Positions 10,490-20,000 of a stretch of 20,000 nt of DNA are shown one piece after another; position 1 is the first letter of the stretch, and every line of letters begins with the position of its first letter. Origin of the DNA: Malacoraja senta (taxonomy: Eukaryota); contig JAXLNO010000710.1 in the NCBI GenBank assembly GCA_038087875.1, positions 180,655 to 200,654 of the forward strand. The letters are read 5' to 3'. The notes under the pieces are model-generated. The model was not told the origin of the DNA. It worked only from the letters and a program-made list of their open reading frames with translations, and made no database searches. The translations under genes and the position numbers were made by a program.

Positions 10490-11605
10490 CAGGGGAGTCA
10501 AACTATTGGCCCGCGGCCCACATCCGGCCTGCGGGAAGATGGGGTGGGGGGGGATGTATATTTACGGCCATTTATTATGTATCTGTACAGCAGCCGCGCT
10601 CTCTCCCACCGCTGTCAACCCCATCCTCCGCTCCGTGTTTGGCTCATGGTTACCAAGGGCGTCAAAGAGGCAATATGGCGACGGGGTGTTCCCTTCCTCT
10701 GCTCCGTGATTGGCCCGCAGTTGCCAAGCGGACGGTTGCCCCCAGCAACCACTGTCAAACAGACAATACGGCGGCGCTGAGCTCCCCTTGGCCTCAGGAT
10801 GGCGGACTGACGTTCGCACGTGCACAACCAGGCACGGAAATCGCTATCAAAACATGGGGGGGGACCGGGGAGCGCAATTTCTTGACGTGATACCAGTGTG
10901 GAGCCGTGGAGCTAGCGCTGCTTCTCCGTGCTGGCTGTAAACCTGGGCCGTCGTTGGCAGGCGGAGTTGAGCTGGGTTTAGCTCTGCTTCTCTGCGCTGG
11001 CTCTGGGCCTCGTCTCCCTACGTCTCTGGCCACCCCCGGGCATGGGGGGGTCACTCGGGTGGGGACGGGGTTGGTCCAGTGGCAGCGCGGCAGCGATTGC
11101 AGCGCCAGAGAGCCGGGGTCGATCCTGGCTGCGGGTGAGGCGCAGGTCTGTGTCCAGGGCTGCCGAGAGTGTTTTTCGCTTGTGACCCTATGACCTGGCC
11201 ATGCAATTCAAGCTCCGTTCCATGATCTTTGCTCCACGGACGTCTCCCTCCTCCAATCACCACGCTCTATCCTCAGTCCCACCCCCCTACTTCCGCTTCT
11301 AGACACTTCCCTCCTACAATCATCGCGCTGAATTATCATGGTCCTGCCCCCATTGCCTGCTGACCGACGTCTCTATCGTCCAACCGGCGCCCTCGATCAT
11401 CAGTCCCACCCCCACTGTCTCGCGGAAAGTGGAGATTTCGCCGAGTTTTAAAATCCGGATTACAAAAAATGGGGGGGGGGGGGTCGTCCCCCACCTCTCA
11501 AACCAGGGCCCAGGATTTCCGCCCCATGTGCACAACTGATCCAGCTCGCATGAAGTTGCATTTTGCCCAATTCGGCGCGTGCCTAAAATGAGTTTGACAC
11601 CCCTG
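10490..11605. mobile_element. Non-autonomous hAT DNA transposon (Charlie/Buster-like), 1116 bp
   Basis: TIRs CAGGGGAGTCAAACT (10490-10504) and AGTTTGACACCCCTG (11591-11605), 14/15 matching. Perfect 8-bp TSD CTTTAGAT (10482-10489 and 11606-11613) with central TA. Subterminal ggcccgcggcc..tccggcc motif. GC/CpG-rich interior with no transposase ORF. Confidence 0.92.
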
Positions 11606-11686
11606 CTTTAGATCATAGTAATCTTTAAGACAGGTTAAAATGAGATCCTAACAACCCACTGCAATAGGTAAGATTTCTAGGCTCCA

Positions 11687-12439
11687 TCTATATAACTAAA
11701 AGTCTCATCTTGACCCTGTCTGCGCTGTATAATGATTTTAGAAAAAACGCTACCATATATCGCTATGATTTTTGGCCATCTCACACAGTCCTCCTCCGCT
11801 GAGGCAGCCCCGATGATTTTTCCGATCGATGAAAAATAAAAAAGTTATGAGTGTTTAAAAAATCTTGAGATCAGCTGATTGGTCCTCTTGCCTGTCAATC
11901 ACCACGGTGAAGGTAACGCCCCTTCCGGGGGGGGGGGGGGCACAAGGACTATAAAACCCCAGATGCCTGGACATGAGTCAGTCGCTCTGAAAGATGGCGA
12001 GGGAGAGTCCACAACTGTGATTCTAAGCTGTGAATCAACTGAACTGTGAGTCTGTAATGTACTTGCAATAAATGATTTGTTAGCCCTTAATGACAAAGTT
12101 GTTTGGCAATTTGGTGGCCTGCACGCTGCCTGAAATGCTGCGAGATTGAGTCTGGTGGCCTGCACTCTGCCTGAAATGCTGTGAAATTGAGTTTGGTGGC
12201 CTGCACTCTGCTTGAAATGGAATTTCAAGGAATAGCCATGAATCCATTTGGCCCACAATGTCCATACTAGCCCTCTGGAAACCAGTCCCCTCGGCTCACA
12301 ACACCCATACTAGCGCTCCAGAAAGCCCCCCCCCCCCCACTGGCCACCAATATCGGAATTGGTGGAGAGGTGGAAAATTGCGTTGGGGGACCAGCCCTCC
12401 AGTGTGAACATGGGACCCAACAGGTCCCACTTAGTCTAG
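11687..12439 (+). mobile_element. Non-autonomous Helitron, 753 bp
   Basis: 5' end TCTATATAACTAAAAG follows a host A (11686). A 3' hairpin TGGGACC-caaca-GGTCCCA (12411-12429) precedes the terminal CTAG (12436-12439), which is followed by a host T. No TSD. Confidence 0.88.
12112..12220 (+). repeat. 41-bp tandem repeat (about 2.7 copies) inside the Helitron
   Basis: The unit TGGTGGCCTGCAC(G/T)CTGC(C/T)TGAAATG.. starts at 12112, 12153 and 12194. Confidence 0.9.
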
Positions 12440-12476
12440 TTTCAACTAAACGCTGCGGATTCTCATGGTCTCGCAA

Positions 12477-12650
12477 GCAAGATGGATGAGCTGAGCGTGG
12501 ATCAGTGCATGGGACTATGACATGGTTGCAATCGTGGAAACATGGTCACGGGTAGATCAATGTTCTGGGGTACAGAAGTTTCAGGCGTGACAAAAGGGGG
12601 TGCATAAGAGGGGTTTTGTACTTCTGGTCAGTGAGGGGGTTACGGCAGCA
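12477..12650 (+). mobile_element. LINE (CR1-type) AP-endonuclease N-terminal remnant
   Basis: Frameshifted translation KMDEL / AWISAWDYDMVAIVETW / NVLGYRSFRRDKRGCIRGG resembles the AIxETW..GYxxFRRDR..GGG motif. Confidence 0.65.
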
Positions 12651-12670
12651 CTAAGGGTGCATACCCAAAC

Positions 12671-12799
12671 TGACCCCTCTTCTCCCCTCTCCCATCAGGC
12701 AAAAGGTATAGAAGTGTGAAGACGAACACCACCAGATTCAGAGACAGTTTCTTCCCAAATATTATCGGGCAACTGAACCATCCTACCACAAGCAGAGAG
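12671..12799 (+). mobile_element. Rex/Babar-type LINE ORF C-terminal fragment (host of the transposon at 12800)
   Basis: Translates as FSPLPSGKRYRSVKTNTTRFRDSFFPNIIGQLN, matching the characteristic LPSGRRYRS..TTRxRxSFFP..IxxLN terminus. Confidence 0.75.
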
Positions 12800-15363
12800 C
12801 AGCGTTGTTACAAAACCTACCATCAGTGGCGCTGCAGATCTGCCACTGCCTGTGCGTGCGATTCCGGCGGCTTTTGGGGGGGGGGGGGGGGGCGGGATTA
12901 AAACGCAGGTTGTATTGGTTGTCGGAGAGGGATTTCCTCGGGCTGCTAGCTGATGAAGAAAAATTGTTCGCGCTTCCGTTCCCGTTTTTTTTTTTTTTAA
13001 ATTTGCTGGACGATTGCATCACTGGATTGAAGTTAAAAGCGACTTCTATCGCCTTCAACATCACGGATCGCGATATCAGGACAAAATAAAAGGTGGACCA
13101 GAAGATACTCAACAACAAGGATGCATGTGTTTAACTGTATTGCAAACAAAACTCCCACAGCAAACGTTCCAATCCTGATAAGCCAGTTCTACAATCGGAG
13201 TGGACTTAAACTGGATCATGTTCCTCGAAACAGTGCAGTTGAAGTTATGGCCCGAGAATGGGAGCTATTGCTGAGTTGCAGACAGCAGAGATGATCCTAG
13301 CAACAAAGGATTTGACAGTGGGTTTTGATGCAACCACCCAAGAAGAGACCCATATTAACAGTGTACACTTCACCACCACAATAAATGTCTTTCTGCAGCA
13401 GTCGATGAATTGGCTGGTGGGACTGCTGAGGACTATGCGCAACATATTTGCGATACAGTTGACAATTTGTGTAAAAATTACACTTATTTCAATGAGCAAT
13501 CAGATTTCCAAGACCCCGGCCAAAAGATAAGAGACCACATTTCAAATACACTGAGTGACAGGTGTGCAGCTAATCATGCTGCTATTAGGATTGTGAGTGG
13601 TGAGTGGGGTAAATCTTTGAATGACCTCTACTGCCACTTGCATCCTCTTGACTCCATCGCAACATCAGTTCGCTCAGCCCTCAAAAGGGGACCCAAAAGG
13701 TTTTGTTGCATTTATGGATGAAAGGAACATCCCCCGAGGTGTCCTCCCATGGAACCGTGGCAACAGATTGCATATACTTTTCCATATTAGTGGCAAGCTC
13801 ATAGAACATTATGATGACCCTGCTGAATAGCGGAACATCCTGTGGGGAGGTTGAGACGCGCCATTCTCCATGACGTCACCCAGGCTGAAGCAAAAGTAGA
13901 ACTTCAGATATTAGGCTTACTTGACAAATATCTGACTGGGCCTTGGATGAAGCGCTTCTACACTTCAAGCCAGAATCAGATCAACCATGTTGATGGCATC
14001 AAAGTGATTGCTGCTCTAAAGGAAGCCACAGAAAATCCAGACAACTTGATATTGGCAAGGGAAGATTTCTTCGGTGAGGAGGTGCATCTTGATGCCACGT
14101 TGACAAAACTTCGGGAGCTACCAGTACATCCACAGTTCAGTTCAAAGATGAGGAGCTGTCTTCAAGCTGTCATCAATCACTGTGTTGGAGAGGCAATATA
14201 GTAAATACTTAGAACTTGATGTAACTGAGAAACTGAAGGAGGAGACTGCATCAGCAAGATCACACAACATTGATGCGGAGGAGATAATGGGGATGTTTAG
14301 CTCATCGAAACAGAAATCTCCCAATGCCACCGTGTGTTATTTGTCATGTAGGATGCGGGCCTGCAAGAATAGAACAGTCAACTACCTTGATAATCTCGAG
14401 GAGTAACGTGGGGAGGAGGTGCTTTGTAGGGCAGTGACATGGGGGAGAGTGCAGAGGAACAGACGGAAGAAAAAACAGACGGAATTGAGAGCAGCAATCA
14501 TCAAGTGACAGAAAGACAAGGAGCTTGCTCGAGACACGAAAGAGGAAAAAACAAGGGGGAAAATGAAAGACCGATTTAGACAGCATTCGCAGAGATTATC
14601 CGAATTTGGATTACTCCAAATGTGATGATCTACAGGACATTCTTAATGGGAAAGTAGTGGGCAGAAAGGCATGTCAGGCATGGTTTGAAGAGCAAAAACT
14701 TGCTGTTTACAATGCCAATATTGAAAAGTTGAGGAAAAACAAGGTGTAGAGTTGCTTCTTGGTTGCAATCAGAGGAGTATGATGATGCTACTGATTATGA
14801 TATGCCAATGTACCAGCTAGCAACTGATCTTCTCCATAAAGACTTAGTCTTTTGCTAGAAATTGTCATTTCTTTACCCTCTGTTACGGACTTACAGCATA
14901 AAATACAATAATATCAAAGTTCTGATCTTGAGAATATCACATTTTTGAATTTTCAAGGCAGTCTAAGTGTTTATTACTATTTCCGTCACAACGGTCAATT
15001 TTGTAATTAGCTACAATTAGGTAACTAATTATATGCTTTCATTTCAGGTCATCCAAGTAAGGTGTTTTATATTTGTTTCAGGATGCTTCAATCTATAATA
15101 ACTGAAAATGTCATTCAGTTCTCTTAATTTTTAAGAAAGTTATGGGTTTTTGACTGTCCTCAATCACAGCTTTTGTGTTAAGTCAATGGAAAACCAATAG
15201 GGAACAAGATGCTAATTTCAGAGTATGAAAATGGCCATAACTTTTTTAATACTGAAGATATGAAAGTGAATTAGGTGTCAAATTAAAGTTGTTTTTATGC
15301 TTTATCTGATGGGATAAATTATAGGCATGATTTTTAAAATCTCAAAATTTTGTGACATTCCTA
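12800..15363 (+). mobile_element. Decayed cut-and-paste DNA transposon, hAT-related (possibly hATw group)
   Basis: Imperfect 16-bp TIRs: CAGCGTTGTTACAAAA (12800-12815) and TTTTGTGACATTCCTA (15348-15363), 11/16 matching. Flanking direct repeat CAGAGAG (12793-12799 and 15364-15370). Contains a transposase pseudogene. Confidence 0.8.
13097..14858 (+). pseudogene. DDE transposase pseudogene with multiple frameshifts and stops
   Basis: Consecutive + strand ORF pieces join into one protein: ..RMHVFNCIANKTP..VEVMARE / MGAIAELQ..LTVGFDATTQ (D at 13327) / ..NTLSDRCAANHAA (D at 13557)..LYCHLHPLD (CxxH at 13632-13643) / RGNRLHILFH / LTGPWMK / SARSHNIDAEEIMGMFS (E near 14278) / ..DLLHKDLVFC* (stop 14856-14858). 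The D-D-CxxH-E order is typical of hAT/P/MULE/Kolobok-type transposases. Confidence 0.8.
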
Positions 15364-15380
15364 CAGAGAGCAGTGCTGTA

Positions 15381-16036
15381 CCTCATTGTACAGGGCCCTG
15401 GTGAGACCACATCTGGAGTATTGTTTGCAGTTTTGGTCTCCTAATTTGAGGAAGGACATCCTTGCTATTGAGGCAGTGCAGCGTAGGTTCACGAGGTTAA
15501 TCCCTGGAATGGTGGGACTGTCATATGAGGAAAGATTGGAACGACTGGGCTTGCGTTCGCTGGAATTTAGGATGAGAGGGAATCTCACAGAAATGTATAA
15601 CATTATAAAAGGACTGGACAAGCTAGATGCAGGAAAAATGTTCCCAATGTTGGGGGTGTCCAGGACCAGGGGACACAGTCTAAGAATAAAGGGGAGGCCA
15701 TTTAATAGACAATAGGTGCAGGAGTAGGCCATTCGGCCCTTCGAGCCAGTACCGCCATTCAATGTGATCATGGCTGATCATCCCCAATCAGTACCCCGTT
15801 CCGTAAAACTGAGATAAACCCAGAGAGTTGTGATTTTGTGGAATTCTCTGCCAGGGGGCAGTGGAGGCCAATTCACTGGATTAATTTAAAAGAGAGTTAG
15901 ATAGAGCTCTAGCAGAATCAAGGGATATGGGGTGAAGGCAGGCACGGGCTACTGATTGTGGATGATCAGCCATGATCACCATGGATGGCGGTGCTGGCTC
16001 GAAGGGCCAAATGGCTTCCTCCTGCACCTATTTTCA
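15381..16036 (+). mobile_element. CR1 LINE 3' fragment containing a reverse-oriented CR1 tail (15706-15802)
   Basis: ORF LYRALVRPHLEYCLQFWSPNLRKDILAIEAVQRRFTRLIPGMVGLSYEERLERLGL..SRTRGHSLRIKGRPF, then an inverted tail, then the + strand element resumes. Confidence 0.92.
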
Positions 16037-16063
16037 TTGTTTAAAAAAAAAATATTGTTCAAT

Positions 16064-16178
16064 TATACACTGTGGATGGCTCGATTGTGATCATGTATTG
16101 TCTTTCTGCTGACTGGTTAGCACGCAACAAAAGCTTTTCACTGCACCGCGGTACACATGACAATGAACTAAAGTAAAG
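16064..16178 (+). repeat. Short dispersed repeat, likely a LINE 3' tail (related copies near 16765-16825 + and 9150-9260 -)
   Basis: Shared gctgactggttagcacgcaacaaaagcttttcactg motif. Confidence 0.55.
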
Positions 16179-16469
16179 TGAGGATTTCCTGGACGGACCA
16201 GTTGATGAGGATGGATGGGTGGAACTCAAAAAGAAAGGAGCAGTCACTTCCATGTGGTTGTACTGGAGGCCTCCTGATAGTCCACAGGGTCAGGAAGAGA
16301 TACCAGATCGTGGAAGGATGTGAAAGCAAAATGGTTGTAACAATAAGCGATTTTAAACTTTCCCAAATTCTCTGGGATTGACCCACCATCCTGGGAGGTG
16401 CTGACCTAACATCCAGCTCATGGGATACCCTCAAACTATTTTAAAATAGGAATTTACTGGACTTTATTT

Positions 16470-16628
16470 TAAGTTTAGCTTAGTTTTGAGATACAGCACA
16501 GAAACAGGCCCTTCGGCCCATCCAGTCCGACCAGCGATCACCGCACAATAACACTATCCAACACACACTAGGGACAATTTACACTTGTACCGAACCAATT
16601 AACCTACAAACCTGTACGTCTTTGGAGA
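16470..16628 (-). mobile_element. SINE 3' half (same family, reverse orientation)
   Basis: gagatacagcacagaaacaggcccttcggccca..ccaattaacctacaaacctgtacgtctttggag is the reverse complement of the SINE body and tail. Confidence 0.7.
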
Positions 16629-16655
16629 ATCTTACATATCTTACAAATACCAAAG

Positions 16656-16750
16656 AGACACACAAAAAGCTGGAGTAACTCAGCGAGTCAGGTAGCATCT
16701 CTGGAGAAAAAGGATGGGTGACGTTTTGGGTCAGGACCCTTCTTCAGACA
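16656..16750 (-). repeat. Penelope-type terminal repeat copy with hammerhead-like core
   Basis: The reverse complement reads gtctgaagaagggtcctgacccaaaacgtcaccc..ttctccagagatgctacctgactcgctgagttactccagc. Confidence 0.75.
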
Positions 16751-16825
16751 GTGGAGGGTGGTCATATATAGTCTTTTCGCTGACTGCATAGCACGCAGTA
16801 AAAAGCTTTTCACTGTATGTACCGT

Positions 16826-17215
16826 GGTATAAGATCATGATGAGAATAGATAGGATGAAAGCACTAAGTCTTTTAACCAGAGTTGGGGAATTGAGAACCA
16901 GAGAACATAGGTTCAAGATGTGAGGGAAAGGATTTAATAGGAACCACTTTGTCCACCCAGGGGATAGTGGGCATACGGAACAAGCTGCCAGAAGGGGTAG
17001 CTGAACCAGATGCTATAACAGCATTTAAAAGACATTTGGACAGGTACAGGGATAGGAGAGGTTTCGAGGGATCAGGGCCAAACGTAGGCAGGTGAGACTA
17101 GTGTCAATGGGGCATCTTGGTGAGTGTGGGCAAGTTGGGCTGTTTCCACGCTGTACGACTATACGGACTAGAAGGGTCGAGATGGCCTGTTTCCGTGCTG
17201 TAATTGTTATATGGT
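16826..17215 (+). mobile_element. CR1 LINE 3' fragment, second subfamily
   Basis: gtataagatcatgatgagaatagatagg..gagaaccagagaacataggttcaag.. followed by the tail gggcaagttgggc..tgtttccacgctgta. Confidence 0.7.
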
Positions 17216-17387
17216 TATACGAGTATGGGCTGAGAGATGGTGGCAGTAAATGTCACTAAAATGCTCAGTAAACCTATCACATTGTTGGAGATGCAGGTAA
17301 AGACACAGAGAAGGGTTTAGTTGGTCTGCTGACAGTGAAGAAAATAAGCAGGGAGGTTATCTCTACACTCCAGGATGATCTTGGAAT

Positions 17388-17878
17388 AGTGAGGAAGGAC
17401 ATTCTTGCTATACAGGTAGGTTCTCCAGGGGAATTCCCGGGATGGCGGGACTGATATATGATCAAAGAATGGGTCGACTGGGCTTGTATTCACTGGAATT
17501 TAGAAGAATGAGAGGGGACCTTATAGAAACATATAAAATTCTTAAAGGATTGGACAGGCTAGATGCTGGAAAAATGTTCCCGATGTTGGAGGTGTCCAGA
17601 ACCAGGGGTCACAGTTTAAGAATAAGGGGTAGGTCATTTAAGACTGAGATGAGGAAAAACGTTTTCACCCAGAGAGTTGTGAATCTGTGGAACTCTCTGC
17701 CACAGAAGGCAGTGGAGGCCAAGAGAGAGTTAGATTTAGCTCTTAGGGCTAACGGAATCAAGGGATATGGGGAAAAAGCAGGAACTGATTTTGGATGATC
17801 AGCCATGATCATATTGAATGGCAGTGCTGGCTCAAAGGGCTGAATGGCCTACTCCTGCACCTATCATCTATGTTTCTA
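17388..17878 (+). mobile_element. CR1 LINE 3' fragment
   Basis: ORF GLYSLEFRRMRGDLIETYKILKGLDRLDAGKMFPMLEVSRTRGHSLRIRGRSFKTEMRKNVFTQRVVNLWNSLPQ plus the CR1 tail. Confidence 0.92.
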
Positions 17879-18225
17879 GTTAGCGCCGCTGTTCGACAAC
17901 AACAGACCCAGAGGGTGTTAAAACCATCTGGCAGGGAAAGCTTAAACCAGCTATTTGCACATCTCTTCGTCTGCATTCGCCCAATGAGAAAGCGTGTGAA
18001 AGCTGTGACCCGACAAAGGGATGGCTCATAAAAATTATTACATTTGTTCAGGGAAGGAACCGCGAAACGGGGTTATGCTTTTGAAAGAGCTTGATGTTGA
18101 TTGAGAGCGACTAAAATTATTCCTGATATCAGCCTACTCCAAATAAACAACAGAAAAACATACCACAACCACACAGAGAAATCGTAATGGTGGCAAAATA
18201 TTTTAAAAGCCCATGTAAAACAAAC

Positions 18226-18490
18226 TCCTGGATTCAATCCTGACCACGGGTCCTGTCTGAATGGAGTTTGCACGTTCCCCCGTGACCTGCAAGAGTTTTT
18301 GCCAGGTGCTCTGGTTTCCTCCCACACTCCAAAGACGTACTGGTTTGTAAGCTAATTGACTAGGTAAACATTGTAAATTGTCTCTAGTTTGTAGGGTAGC
18401 GCCAGTGTGCAGGGATAGCTGATGGGTGCGGACTCGGTGGGCCGAAGGATCTGTTTACACTCTGTGTGTCAAAATTAAACTAAACTAAAA
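18226..18490 (+). mobile_element. 5'-truncated SINE (V-SINE/HE1-like)
   Basis: ggattcaatcctgaccacgggtcctgtctgaatggagtttgcacgttcccccgtgacctgc..ctcccacactccaaagacgtac..gggccgaaggatctgttt..taaactaaact. Confidence 0.8.
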
Positions 18491-18656
18491 ACAAACTCAA
18501 AGTGTTTAGGATGCATCAAATAAGAGTTGGCATTTGCGTGAGATTTCCTCTCCTGGGTTGTTCATACACATGGGAACCGTACGCAGACTTTATCAACACA
18601 TAAATGCTTCGTAAACCGCATCAAAGCCCCACGGTTCAGCACCAGCGATGATGGAA

Positions 18657-19088
18657 GTCATAAGGTCATAAGGAATGAGTAGAATTAGGCCATTCGGCAC
18701 ATCAAGTCTACCCCGCCATTCAATCATGGCTGATCTATCGCTCCCTCCTAACCCCATCTTCCTGCCATTTCCCCATAACCTCTGACACACGTACTAATCA
18801 AGAATCTATCTCTGCCTTAAAAATATCCACTAGCTTGGCCTCTACAGCCTTCTGTGACAAAGAATTCCACAGATTCACCAACCTCGGACTAACAAAATGT
18901 CTCCTAATCTCCTTCCTAAAAGAAAATCCTTTAATGACCTCTAGTTCTAGACTCTCCCACTAATGGAATCATCCTCTCCACATCTACTCTATCTGAGCCT
19001 TTTACTATTCTGTATGCTTCAAAGAGGTCCCCCCTCATTCTTCTAAACTCCAGCGAGAACAGGCGCAGTGCTGACAAACGCTCATCAT
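18657..19088 (-). mobile_element. CR1 LINE 3' fragment
   Basis: Minus ORF DERLSALRLFSLEFRRMRGDLFEAYRIVKGSDRVDVERMIPLVGESRTRGH plus tail. Confidence 0.9.
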
Positions 19089-19247
19089 GGGTGATTATCA
19101 TAGGTAAATCAATGGCAAATATGGCACCCAAACGGGTTCTCAAATTAAAAAATTAATTACCTTAATAATATACCAGTCTCCTTTCTGAAGCGGCACACCA
19201 GCAGCAAACAAAACTTAATGCTACAGAAGCTGAAATTAGCCATACAT

Positions 19248-19543
19248 CATGGAAACAGGCCCTTTGGCCCAACTTGCCCACACCGACCAACATGTCCCAT
19301 TTCCACTAGTTTCACCTGCCTGCATTTGGCCCAAATCCCTCTCAAGCTGTCCCATCTATGCACCTGTATAAATGTGTCTTAAATGCTGTGATAACACCAT
19401 CCTCAACTACCTCATCTGGCAGCGCCTTCCATACACCTACCGCTCTTTGTGTAAAAGAAAGTTCCCCTCGGGTTCCTATTAAATCGTTCCTCCCTCACCT
19501 TAAATCCTCTAGTTCGTGATTCCCCTCCTCTGAGTAAAAGAGT
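19248..19543 (-). mobile_element. CR1 LINE 3' fragment, second subfamily
   Basis: Similar to 5765-6187 (ggaaacaggccctttggcccaacttgccc..ctcaactacctcatctggcagc..). Confidence 0.7.
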
Positions 19544-19804
19544 CAAATCCTACCCACCTACCTGTCCAAAATCTAAAAGAAAAATTATAAATACTCAAGT
19601 CAGTCAGCATGAAAGCATATTAACTGCATTTCTGTCAGCACTTACTGTCTCGGCTGCTAAGCATTTTAACTTATCTCCACTGATCCCTGTTAACAGTTTT
19701 AGAACTTGGATCAACTGGGAGAGAAGATCAACATTTGAAGATATTGACTATCCTAAATGAAGAATATCTTGCTGTCTTTCAAAGCGAAAGTGAATTGTGG
19801 ATGT

Positions 19805-20000
19805 GGGAATGAGGAGAGCTTTAGCTATAGAGAGGGGTTGAGCAGGCTAGGACTCCATTCCTTGGAGTGCTGGAGAATGAGGCTGATCTTGCAGAGGTGT
19901 ACAGTATCATGAGAGGAGGAAACCATCACAGGGAAATGGAGACCAGGGGGCCACAGTTTAAGAATAAGAGGCAAGCCATTTAGAACCGAGATGAGGAAAA
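19805..20000 (+). mobile_element. CR1 LINE ORF2 C-terminal remnants, running off the window edge
   Basis: FSYREGLSRLGLHSLECWRMRLILQRCT-like remnant, and TRGPQ / LRIRGKPFRTEMRK at the end. Confidence 0.75.

Noticed and set aside
10506..11535. Many overlapping ORFs on both strands
   Set aside because: Expected from high GC content inside a non-autonomous hAT element; no transposase motifs.
12112..12220. CRISPR-like regularly spaced repeat
   Set aside because: Head-to-tail tandem units without unique spacers, in a eukaryotic context with no cas genes.

Overview
Repeat-rich eukaryotic genomic DNA, most likely a cartilaginous fish (skate/ray; inferred from HE1/V-SINE-like SINEs and abundant CR1-type LINE tails). 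The window is mostly intron-like sequence around one large candidate minus-strand exon (2526-3392; acidic, low-complexity peptide, gene not identified). The rest is mobile DNA. There are many 5'-truncated CR1 fragments, tRNA-derived V-SINE-like SINEs and Rex/Babar tails. Penelope-like remnants include a GIY-YIG fragment and about ten terminal-repeat copies, several carrying a decayed minimal hammerhead-ribozyme-like core. A cluster at 10.5-15.4 kb holds three structurally well-delimited DNA elements: a 1.1 kb non-autonomous hAT element (TIRs and 8-bp TSD), a 753-bp non-autonomous Helitron, and a 2.56 kb decayed DDE transposon with an apparent 7-bp TSD. A ~490-bp-arm inverted duplication at 6982-8478 includes sequence not recognised as a repeat. 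No prokaryotic system is supported, and no intact novel system is demonstrated. All family assignments come from motif recognition, not database searches.
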